Shown here one piece after another: positions 56,055 through 64,000 of a stretch of 64,000 nt of DNA. The number at the start of each line of letters is the position of its first letter. Position 1 is the first letter of the stretch. A model generated the notes under the pieces. The model saw only the letters and a list, made by a program, of their open reading frames with translations, ran no database searches and was not told the origin of the DNA. Source of the stretch: an uncultured Ignavibacteriales bacterium (GTDB lineage: Bacteria > Zixibacteria > MSB-5A5 > GN15 > FEB-12); the NCBI GenBank assembly GCA_964464605.1, contig CAYXJN010000001.1:255068-319067 (forward strand). The letters are read 5' to 3'. The translations under genes and the position numbers were made by a program.

Positions 56055-58094
56055 ATGACCTCTCACCGTAATCCTACGCAAAACAGGCCAAATCGGCTCA
56101 TACACAGTAATTCCCCGTATCTGCTATCCCACGCCCATAACCCGGTTGACTGGTTTCCCTGGGGGACGGAAGGGCTTGAGAAAGCAAAAGCGGAGGATAA
56201 ACCGATATTTCTCTCAATCGGTTATGCGGCGTGCCATTGGTGTCATGTCATGGAGCGGGAATCCTTCGAAAATCCGGATATAGCGGCCACACTCAACGAA
56301 CACTTTGTGCCGATCAAGGTTGACCGGGAGGAGCGCCCCGACCTCGATCATATTTATATGACCTTCACGCAGGCGATGACCGGTCACGGGGGGTGGCCGA
56401 TGTCGGTTTTTCTCACCCCTGATTTGAAACCGTTTTTTGCCGGGACCTATTTTCCGCCTGAAGACGCCTACGGCCACCCCGGGTTCAAGCGGCTTATTAC
56501 CGAGCTGTCGCGCGGATACCGTGAGCAGCGGCTGCAAATTGGGGAATCCTCCCGCGAGATTTTTAAGGAGGTACAGAAGCATTTAGAACATTCAGCCCCA
56601 CCGATACTACTTACAAAAGCAATTATTGATACCGCCGTTCGTGCGCATATGCGGAATGTTGATGATTTACACGGCGGTTTTGGGGTACAGCCGAAATTCC
56701 CGCACCCGTTTGAACTTTCCCTTTTGCTTTTGCGTTACCAGCAAACGAAAGATGTCACCTATCTAAACGCCGCGACACTTTCTCTTGATAGCATGGCGAA
56801 TGGGGGAATCTATGATCAGGTCGGCGGCGGGTTTGCGCGGTATTCGACCGATCGCCAATGGTTGGTGCCCCATTTTGAAAAGATGCTTTACGACAATGCC
56901 TTTTTAGTATCCACCTACGCCAATGCCTGGCGCATTACCAAAAAAGAGCTGTATCAGCGTGTTGTACGTGAAACGCTTGATTGGATGTTGCGGGAGATGC
57001 GTTCACCGGAAGGCGGGTTTTATTCTTCCCTTGATGCGGACAGCGAAGGGGTGGAAGGGAAATTCTATGTCTGGACAATCGATGAAATCAAATCGATTCT
57101 CGACTCGGAATCAGCAGAACTTGTTATTAAGCACTATCGCCTAACTCCCGATGGTAATTTCGAGCATCATAACATTCTGTTTGTCGAGACTGATTTTTTC
57201 GATGACAAACTGCAAACAGCTAAACAAAAACTGCTCACTGCGCGCAACAAACGGATTCGTCCGCTCACCGACGATAAAATTCTCACTTCATGGAACGGAA
57301 TGGCAATCAACGCGCTGTGCGAAGGGTATCGTGTTACCGGTGATGAGCAATACATGAAGGTTGCAAAAAGAGCTGCGGAATTTGTCCGAAACAATTGTTA
57401 CACAATCAACAGGTTGGTTCATTCCTGGCGGGAAGGAAAACATTCGGACGGAGAGTTTTTAGAAGATTACGCTTTTTTTATTTCGGGATTGATTGCGTTG
57501 TATCAAGTCGACACGATCGAAGATCATCAGAACACTGCCTGGCTTACCTGGGCGATAGAATTAGCTGATCGTGCAATTGCGCAATTCCAAAGCACCGACG
57601 GCACCTTTTATCTGCGGCCCTCCGGCGAAGCGGATCTGATTTTACGCCCTAAAGAGGAAACCGACAATGCGATTCCCTCTGCCGGGTCGGTTATGATTAT
57701 CAACTTACTCAAGCTGCATCGCCTGACCGATGAAAAACGGTTTCTTGAATCGGCGCGAAACGGATTGCAGAAACTATCCGGTATCTTGGCAAGTTATCCA
57801 TCCGCGTTAACCACAGCCGTGATGGCGGTCGATTATTATCTGGGAGATAAACCGGAGATTGTGCTGGTCGGCAATAGTGCAGAGCGAAACACGATGGTGA
57901 ATGAAATCAACTCCCGCTATCTTCCGCATCTGTTGGTTGCCTCCAGTATTGACGGGAACGATAAACTTTCACTCTTTGAAGGACGTTCCGGTTCGGCGGA
58001 TCAGATAACGGCATATTATTGCCTAAACTCGGTCTGCAGTCAGCCGGTGAAAACGGCAGCAGCGCTTGCGGCACTGCTTGATAGTGCGGGATGA
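56055..58094 (+). CDS. Thioredoxin domain-containing protein, YyaL/SPATA20 family
   Basis: [73 protein letters not shown]. Confidence 0.93.
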   Translation: MTSHRNPTQNRPNRLIHSNSPYLLSHAHNPVDWFPWGTEGLEKAKAEDKPIFLSIGYAACHWCHVMERESFENPDIAATLNEHFVPIKVDREERPDLDHIYMTFTQAMTGHGGWPMSVFLTPDLKPFFAGTYFPPEDAYGHPGFKRLITELSRGYREQRLQIGESSREIFKEVQKHLEHSAPPILLTKAIIDTAVRAHMRNVDDLHGGFGVQPKFPHPFELSLLLLRYQQTKDVTYLNAATLSLDSMANGGIYDQVGGGFARYSTDRQWLVPHFEKMLYDNAFLVSTYANAWRITKKELYQRVVRETLDWMLREMRSPEGGFYSSLDADSEGVEGKFYVWTIDEIKSILDSESAELVIKHYRLTPDGNFEHHNILFVETDFFDDKLQTAKQKLLTARNKRIRPLTDDKILTSWNGMAINALCEGYRVTGDEQYMKVAKRAAEFVRNNCYTINRLVHSWREGKHSDGEFLEDYAFFISGLIALYQVDTIEDHQNTAWLTWAIELADRAIAQFQSTDGTFYLRPSGEADLILRPKEETDNAIPSAGSVMIINLLKLHRLTDEKRFLESARNGLQKLSGILASYPSALTTAVMAVDYYLGDKPEIVLVGNSAERNTMVNEINSRYLPHLLVASSIDGNDKLSLFEGRSGSADQITAYYCLNSVCSQPVKTAAALAALLDSAG

Positions 58095-58130
58095 CGATGA
58101 ATTTTTATTGTGTGACAGTTAGGAGAAACA

Positions 58131-58547
58131 ATGATTCAGGTATCGGTGAATTGGGCGGGCGGATTAAAATTCAGAGGAAAGAACAGCTTCGGAATCGAAA
58201 TAACAACCGACACGTACAAAAGCAGCGGCGGTGAGGAATCCGGTTACCGCCCGACAGAATTGTTGCTGTATGCGTTAGCCGGATGCACAGGTATCGATGT
58301 CGTCCGTATCATGGAAAAGCAGCGTACACCGCTTGAATCACTCGAAATTCAGGTTAACGCAGAACAAAGCGAGGGGTATCCGACCTATTTTAGGTCAATC
58401 GAAGTGAAATACATCGGCAAAGGAAAGAATGTCGACAAGGAAAAGCTCGCCCGAGCAATTGAACTTTCGGAATCAAAATACTGTGTCATCAGCCAGACTA
58501 TCCAGCGGGAAACGAAAGTAAATACGACCTGCGAAGTGCTAACCTGA
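58131..58547 (+). CDS. OsmC family protein (YhfA-like)
   Basis: G.RPTELLL.ALAGCTGIDV, AIELSESKYC. Confidence 0.9.
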   Translation: MIQVSVNWAGGLKFRGKNSFGIEITTDTYKSSGGEESGYRPTELLLYALAGCTGIDVVRIMEKQRTPLESLEIQVNAEQSEGYPTYFRSIEVKYIGKGKNVDKEKLARAIELSESKYCVISQTIQRETKVNTTCEVLT

Positions 58548-59543
58548 TTATTCTTTCACTACTGTTATTTCGCCGCTGGAAATAATCATCCGCTCGCTGT
58601 TGACCTGTAAAATCAAACTGCCGTTTTGATCGATATCGACACAGGTGCCTTCGATTCGCTGTTTCCCCGAATCCAACGTAATCCGTTTTTTTAGAAGGGT
58701 AGAATACCTTCGTAGTCGTTTTTGTGACGGCTTCAATCGCTCTTTGGCATAGCGGGCGTATTCTTTTTCGAAATTCAGCAAGAACAACCGAAGCACCGCA
58801 AGCCTATCTACTTTTCGCTTCAAGAAACGCCGAAGCGATGTTGCCGTCGCGCGCAGTTCTGCCGGAAAATCCTGTGACGCATGGTTGATATTCATACCAA
58901 CTCCGACAACGAGATAATTGATTGTTCCCCGTTCCGCCGAAAGCTCAGTCAAAATCCCGGCCGCTTTTTTCCCGTGAATAAACAAGTCATTTGGCCATTT
59001 GATGCCGATTTCATTCGGGCAATAATGTGAGAAGGTATCAGCAAGCGCGAGTGCGGTCATCAGCGAAATACCGGGCGCATCTTCTGGAAGAAATTTCGGC
59101 CGCAAAATGATAGAAAGATAAATCCCCATCCCCTCTGGCGAATGCCATGTTCTGCCTAACCGCCCGCGCCCTTTGGTTTGCATTTCGGCGGTTACAATTG
59201 TTCCTTCTTTGGCGCCATGTTCCGCTAATTGAGTGGCAATATCATTAGTCGATTTGACCGTGCGGTAACTATGGGCAACACGACCGATGACTTTCGTTTT
59301 CAGTCCGTGCGCAATTTCGGTAGCAGTGATTGAATCCGGCGCAGAATTGAATATGTACGCACCCATGGCATTTTTATGTATTTCATATCCCCACTCCTTC
59401 AAAAGTTTCGCTGCGGCATGAATGTGCTCCGACGGGGCTTTTAATTCCTTTGTAAGCCGGGATTCGCTAAATGATTGTTTCGCTTTTTTGCGAAGCGCCG
59501 CAAGCAGTTTGTCGGCGAGTTGTTCCTGTTCAAGGTGATTCAT
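58548..59543 (-). CDS. birA: Biotin--[acetyl-CoA carboxylase] ligase with N-terminal HTH-like region
   Basis: STND, QTKGRGRLGR.W.SP, IKWPND, KKAAGILTE, VGVGMN. Confidence 0.93.
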   Translation of the reverse strand: MNHLEQEQLADKLLAALRKKAKQSFSESRLTKELKAPSEHIHAAAKLLKEWGYEIHKNAMGAYIFNSAPDSITATEIAHGLKTKVIGRVAHSYRTVKSTNDIATQLAEHGAKEGTIVTAEMQTKGRGRLGRTWHSPEGMGIYLSIILRPKFLPEDAPGISLMTALALADTFSHYCPNEIGIKWPNDLFIHGKKAAGILTELSAERGTINYLVVGVGMNINHASQDFPAELRATATSLRRFLKRKVDRLAVLRLFLLNFEKEYARYAKERLKPSQKRLRRYSTLLKKRITLDSGKQRIEGTCVDIDQNGSLILQVNSERMIISSGEITVVKE

Positions 59544-60430
59544 CTGGTTGTTGAAACTGCCCGCATGCTGAAATCTGCGGCCGGTGCCGAATGAGTAAGC
59601 GCGCCGACGGAAATAAAATCGACACCGGTAGCGGCAATAGATGCTGCATTGGCAAGATTGATATTCCCCGATGCTTCCAACAGCACCGCCGGATTGAGTT
59701 TCCGCGACAGCTCCACGAGCTGCTTTAGTGATTCGGGGGTTTGGTTATCCAAAAGAACCCGATCAACCTTTGCTTCAATCGCTTCCCGCAGTTGCTCTTC
59801 ATTGGTAACTTCGACTTGAATGAGAATATCATCCGGGTTTCGATCAAACTGCAGCCGGAAATCGCTGGTGGTCATAAACTCCCGCGCCCGATCTACCGCG
59901 CCGATGATTGAACCGGCTGCTGCTATATGATTATCTTTCACTAAAATCATGTCATACAGTCCGGTGCGGTGGTTCACCCCACCCCCGTGCACCACCGCCT
60001 GTTTTTCCAAAAGGCGCCATCCCGGCGTAGTTTTTCTGGTGTCCAACACGCGGCATTTCGTTCCTGCGATTGCTTCGACAAATTTGGAAGTGAGTGTCGC
60101 CACACCGCTTAAATGTGCCAAAAAATTGAGCGCGGTTCGTTCCGATGCGAGAACGGTTTGGTTATACCCGTCGATTTCGATAATCGTATCACCCGATTTG
60201 AACTTGTCCCCATCTTTGATCAGTGCCGTTATCCGGTTAGCCGAATCGACGATTTCAAATGTTATCAGCGCCGGTTCCAAACCGGAAAGAACCCCGGCCG
60301 ATTTTGCGACAATTTTGGCCTTTAGCGGGTCCGGTTCGAGACAGGCTAACGAGGTTAAATCCCCTTTGCCGATATCTTCCGCCAAAGCCGCTTTGACCAG
60401 AGTGATGGTGGTTTCTTTCAGTGAGGTCAC
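59540..60430 (-). CDS. nadC: Nicotinate-nucleotide pyrophosphorylase (quinolinate phosphoribosyltransferase)
   Basis: ALAEDIG.GDLTS, ERTALN, DTRKTTPG, NHR.GLYD..LVKDNH, LLDN, EASG, SVGALTHS; start GTG 60430 or ATG 60457. Confidence 0.95.
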   Translation of the reverse strand: MTSLKETTITLVKAALAEDIGKGDLTSLACLEPDPLKAKIVAKSAGVLSGLEPALITFEIVDSANRITALIKDGDKFKSGDTIIEIDGYNQTVLASERTALNFLAHLSGVATLTSKFVEAIAGTKCRVLDTRKTTPGWRLLEKQAVVHGGGVNHRTGLYDMILVKDNHIAAAGSIIGAVDRAREFMTTSDFRLQFDRNPDDILIQVEVTNEEQLREAIEAKVDRVLLDNQTPESLKQLVELSRKLNPAVLLEASGNINLANAASIAATGVDFISVGALTHSAPAADFSMRAVSTTR

Positions 60431-60518
60431 ACACCCAACTAATGCAACACTTGGCATTTGTCAATTGGTCAAGTTATAGCAATCTTTTGTTTAGAAACTC
60501 AGCTCGTGTATTTGATAT

Positions 60519-61448
60519 CTACGCGGTAAAGTGCATGAGAAGCGTTTGCAGTAATACACCATAAGTCAGTGACCGTGTTCTTGTATACATAAACGCAAAG
60601 ATCAATCCAAAAAAGAACTCTCTTACGGTGTATCCGAAATACGAAACACTGTAATTTATTAAACTGAAAATCATGGCACAAGAAATCACTTCTAGCCATT
60701 TGTTTGAAGTACTATCTCCTGGGATTTTATCAAGTAATTTACCTAATACAGCAAATGCGAGTAAATGTGACGGAATTACAAAATAGAATAGTCGAAGAAG
60801 TAAGGAAAGAGACCAATCTGAAAATGGTGTTATCCAATATGGGTGGACTAGGATTCCCTTCGAAACAAGATTAAAAGCAACTACAACAGCCAGAAATGCG
60901 AGCGTACCAAAAATTATTACTGAGAAAACACGTTTATCATCAGGAGTATTATTTGAAACAAAGTATTCAGTCAAATTTGAAGAATAGTTAGCGAGAATTA
61001 TACAACTACCAATATACGTTAAAAGAACTGGAAACAGGAACATGAAAAATATAGAAATATGGTGTACATCTTCTAAATCATTTGAGAAATAGTTCCCTAT
61101 AAGCTCGCCCTGTCGAAGGATAAGAAAAAAACCACATATCAAGAAAATAGCGGACGCATGAATAATTTTCCATTTTGGTAGTAGCGCGGATGATATCAGT
61201 ATAAACCCTGTACTTATAATGAAGAGATAACCGGGTAACGATAGTCCAAAAATCTCAAAAGTTAAATTACTTCCGCCAACAGTATCGAACATTATTAGTA
61301 CAAAGGAATAATTAGCAAGCATCCAAATCCCCGAAAAAATAGTATGCCAAACTTTTTGGATTGCTCCTCGACCAAGAAGAAAACAGATTAACACTGTATT
61401 CACGATTACAGCGATATCTAGGGTTCCCTTAACCGTCACCGTTTCCAC
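60519..61448 (-). CDS. AT-rich multi-pass membrane protein; C-terminus resembles a degenerate CPBP/Abi family motif
   Basis: About 9 hydrophobic segments; 'GLIFAFMYTRTRSLTYGVLLQ' but no EExxxR or catalytic His seen. Confidence 0.55.
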   Translation of the reverse strand: METVTVKGTLDIAVIVNTVLICFLLGRGAIQKVWHTIFSGIWMLANYSFVLIMFDTVGGSNLTFEIFGLSLPGYLFIISTGFILISSALLPKWKIIHASAIFLICGFFLILRQGELIGNYFSNDLEDVHHISIFFMFLFPVLLTYIGSCIILANYSSNLTEYFVSNNTPDDKRVFSVIIFGTLAFLAVVVAFNLVSKGILVHPYWITPFSDWSLSLLLRLFYFVIPSHLLAFAVLGKLLDKIPGDSTSNKWLEVISCAMIFSLINYSVSYFGYTVREFFFGLIFAFMYTRTRSLTYGVLLQTLLMHFTA

Positions 61449-61604
61449 TTTTCTTTTTCAGCACATTGATATTGTTTTTAGCGCTTGTCTTCATGATTCC
61501 TCGGACACAAATATACAAATTTTTTGTATTAGTACACTTGATTAGTTGACGTATTCTCCCACTTGGTTTTTCAACTTTCCTGCCGTACTTTTACCGGCAA
61601 CTAT

Positions 61605-62552
61605 ATGCGAAAAAAGTCATTAGTTGTTTCCATCATCGGTTACGGCTCACAGGGTCGGGCAATCGCGCTTAATCTGCGTGATTCCGGCTATCGTGTCGTA
61701 ATCGGGCTGCGCCCCAAATCGAAGTTTCGCGCTGTTGCACGCAAGGATGGGTTCCGTGAAGTTTTGTCGATTTCCGACGCGACAAAAAAAGGTGACATTG
61801 TCACCTTTGCGTTTCCGGATCACCAGCATGGGAGAATTTATAAAGCAGAAATCGAGCCGGTTATGCGAAGCAAAAAAGGAGCGACGTTGCTTTTTCTGCA
61901 TGGGATGTCGGTTCATTTCAAATTCGTCAAACCGCCGAAAGATGCCGATGTCATTTTACTCGCTCCCCATGCACCCGGTGTGGCGGTTCGGGAACAGTAT
62001 TTAGGAAAGCGGGATGTTTCGGCATTCTATGCCGTTCATCAAAACAAATCAAAAAAAGCAGAGCAAACGCTTTTCGCCTTAGCTGATGCTATCGGCATTG
62101 CCAAAAAGCGCTTGGTCAAAACGACTTTCGCTACCGAGGCTATCGGTGATCTGTTCGGTGAGCAGGCCGTGCTATGCGGCGGAATGGCTTCGCTTATCAA
62201 GAATGGTTTTGATGTCTTAGTCGAATCCGGTATTCCGCCGGAGAATGCGTACTTGGAAGTTGCCTACCAGCTCGATCTTATTATCAAGCTCATCAAGCAG
62301 TATGGCATAGAGGGGATGTTCGCGCGGATTTCTGTCGCCGCCCGCTACGGCTCATTATTGACTGGCCCCAAATTGATAGACAAAAGCGTAAAAAAGCGGA
62401 TGAAAGCCGTATTGGCCGATATTACCAGCGGTCAGTTTCCAAACAAGCTCAATAAACTCAGCGATGCTGATGTCCGCCGTATCGCCAAAGCGTTGTCATC
62501 GCTTTCCTCACCGAAACTGGAAAAAGCCGCCCGAAAATTTGCGCCAAAATGA
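61605..62552 (+). CDS. ilvC: Ketol-acid reductoisomerase (class I)
   Basis: IIGYGSQG.A.ALNLRDSG, PD, HG, APHAPG, TTF..E...DLFGEQAVLCGG, AYLE. Confidence 0.93.
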   Translation: MRKKSLVVSIIGYGSQGRAIALNLRDSGYRVVIGLRPKSKFRAVARKDGFREVLSISDATKKGDIVTFAFPDHQHGRIYKAEIEPVMRSKKGATLLFLHGMSVHFKFVKPPKDADVILLAPHAPGVAVREQYLGKRDVSAFYAVHQNKSKKAEQTLFALADAIGIAKKRLVKTTFATEAIGDLFGEQAVLCGGMASLIKNGFDVLVESGIPPENAYLEVAYQLDLIIKLIKQYGIEGMFARISVAARYGSLLTGPKLIDKSVKKRMKAVLADITSGQFPNKLNKLSDADVRRIAKALSSLSSPKLEKAARKFAPK

Positions 62553-62607
62553 TAGTTGAATCAGCATTTGACCATCGCATGCTTACGATATACTTTGCCC
62601 TCTAGAT

Positions 62608-64000
62608 ATGAATCCAAACGGTAAACGCGCGGCAATCGCCCTTTTAGTCGTCGTTCTTGCAGCAGGGGGGTATGTTCTTTACACCACCTTCACCAAGAAA
62701 ACTATCCCGCAAAAACTCGCCCATATCGTTCACTTAGAGGACACGCGGGTATTCAACGAACAACTCGAACACTATCTCAAAGACAACTCCGATATCGTCC
62801 GCAGCCGCGCCGCGCTTGCGATCGGCCACATCGGCGGTAAAAACAGCGCAGCAGTATTATTTGCGGCATTAGGAGATCAATCCGAAGAAGTTTCCGCCGC
62901 TGCTGCCTTTGCAATCGGTTTAACCAGCGACAGCAGCTATGCAATGAAACTCTTGGATACCGCCGCATCACTCCCGGTTGAAGCAGCAGCGAACGCGATA
63001 ATGTCTGCCGGGCGGCTCAGTGATTCCACGCAATTAGCCTTTCATGATAATGTTGCCACGTTTTTAACCGCACCCGACCCGGAGCTTCGCGCTGCCGCTT
63101 GTCGCGCGCTGTTTTATTCCCGTGGTACCGGGCATGCCGCTGATATCGCTGCGATGCTTTCGCAGGAAGCGGATGATCTAGTTCAGCGGGAAGCATTGTA
63201 CTGTCTCGGGCGATTGAAGCGTCCGGAAGGGACTGCTTCGTATATCAAATATCTGGCGGATGCTGATGCATTCTTTCGCTTGCTCTGTGTTCGCGGTTTA
63301 AGCGGAGTCGAAACGCCGGAAGCGCAGCATTATATCGCAATAGCGCTCAACGATGGTGACCCGGTTGTTCGCGCACAGGCCATTGCCGGACTCGGCGGTA
63401 AGAAAACCGAAGAAGCATATCTGGCCGTCGCCGGTCGGTTAGCCAATGAAGATGATGAAAACCTGCAGGTAGCGCTTTTAAATGCACTGCAGCAGATTGG
63501 TAATCCCAGCGCTGTATCGTCTGCGTCTGCGATTTTGCAGATGACGCCATCGGTTAATGTTAAATCCGCTGCCTTGCAATGCTTAGCTGCTTTGCAAAAA
63601 GTAGAAGCACTGCCAATACTCGATTCCTTTATGCTATCGCCCGACCAAAACATTCGCGCTGCCTGCGCGACGGCGTACGGCTTAACCGAAAGCGAACTTG
63701 CAATAAAACGTGAAACGATGCTTTTCACTGACCAAAGTCCACGCGTTCGCAATGCTGCTTTCAGCGTCTTAATCGCCAAAGACTCTATCGATCGTGCTTT
63801 CCATATTAAACGGGCGTTAGTCGATACCGATTATGTCGTACAGATAAACGCTATCGATGAAATCGGTGGACGTAATCTCGATGAATTTATTCCTGATCTG
63901 TACACCATGTCAGCCGAATGGCGCACCCGCCCGGCGGATGTTCGTCGTTCTCTTGTCGCCGCTGTGGGGCCATTTTTAGAAGAGATGCCGACTGATACTT
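62608..64000 (+). CDS. Membrane-anchored HEAT-repeat protein (runs off the window end)
   Basis: Own translation: MNPNGKRAAIALLVVVLAAGGY..., HLEDTR, VRSRAALAIGHIG, VSAAAAFAIG, LRAAACRAL, VQREALYCLGRL; absent from the ORF track, consistent with no stop before the window end. Confidence 0.85.
   Translation, partial: MNPNGKRAAIALLVVVLAAGGYVLYTTFTKKTIPQKLAHIVHLEDTRVFNEQLEHYLKDNSDIVRSRAALAIGHIGGKNSAAVLFAALGDQSEEVSAAAAFAIGLTSDSSYAMKLLDTAASLPVEAAANAIMSAGRLSDSTQLAFHDNVATFLTAPDPELRAAACRALFYSRGTGHAADIAAMLSQEADDLVQREALYCLGRLKRPEGTASYIKYLADADAFFRLLCVRGLSGVETPEAQHYIAIALNDGDPVVRAQAIAGLGGKKTEEAYLAVAGRLANEDDENLQVALLNALQQIGNPSAVSSASAILQMTPSVNVKSAALQCLAALQKVEALPILDSFMLSPDQNIRAACATAYGLTESELAIKRETMLFTDQSPRVRNAAFSVLIAKDSIDRAFHIKRALVDTDYVVQINAIDEIGGRNLDEFIPDLYTMSAEWRTRPADVRRSLVAAVGPFLEEMPTDT

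Noticed and set aside
63330..63779. Minus-strand 149-aa ORF near the window end
   Set aside because: Shadow of the plus-strand HEAT-repeat gene starting at 62608
1..64000. CRISPR array, tRNA/rRNA, IS or prophage
   Set aside because: No regularly spaced repeats, cloverleaf/rRNA signatures, transposase, integrase or phage genes were seen by eye; a tool scan could still find something small

Overview
Bacterial chromosomal window containing the probable replication origin: dnaA-dnaN-recF, with DnaA boxes upstream of dnaA and a DnaA-box/DnaA-trio unwinding-type element between dnaA and dnaN. Most other genes are housekeeping (pepF, ileS-traR/dksA-lspA, mrp, mutM, uvrA, greA, recA, dnaE, rex, birA, nadC, ilvC). 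The ileS-TraR/DksA-lspA order, a TonB receptor and a secreted GEVED protein with a C-terminal dockerin-like module suggest a diderm FCB-related lineage such as candidate division Zixibacteria (inference). Regulatory elements read from the DNA are a TPP riboswitch ahead of a TonB receptor + Na/solute symporter, a perfect Rex operator, a GAAC-N4-GTTC SOS-box-like site upstream of recA, an ECF-like promoter, and several sigma70-like promoters placed so the mRNA would be leaderless. The best candidates for undescribed biology are a three-gene copper-protein / sensor kinase / outer-membrane barrel module, a stand-alone prokaryotic YEATS gene abutting an AmmeMemo B-A fusion, an AT-rich NERD-like nuclease with a SEC-C tail, an IleRS2 with the non-canonical GIHH motif, and a REP-like inverted doublet with compensatory base changes. 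I saw no rRNA, tRNA, CRISPR array, transposase or prophage. All calls come from reading motifs by eye; no searches were run.
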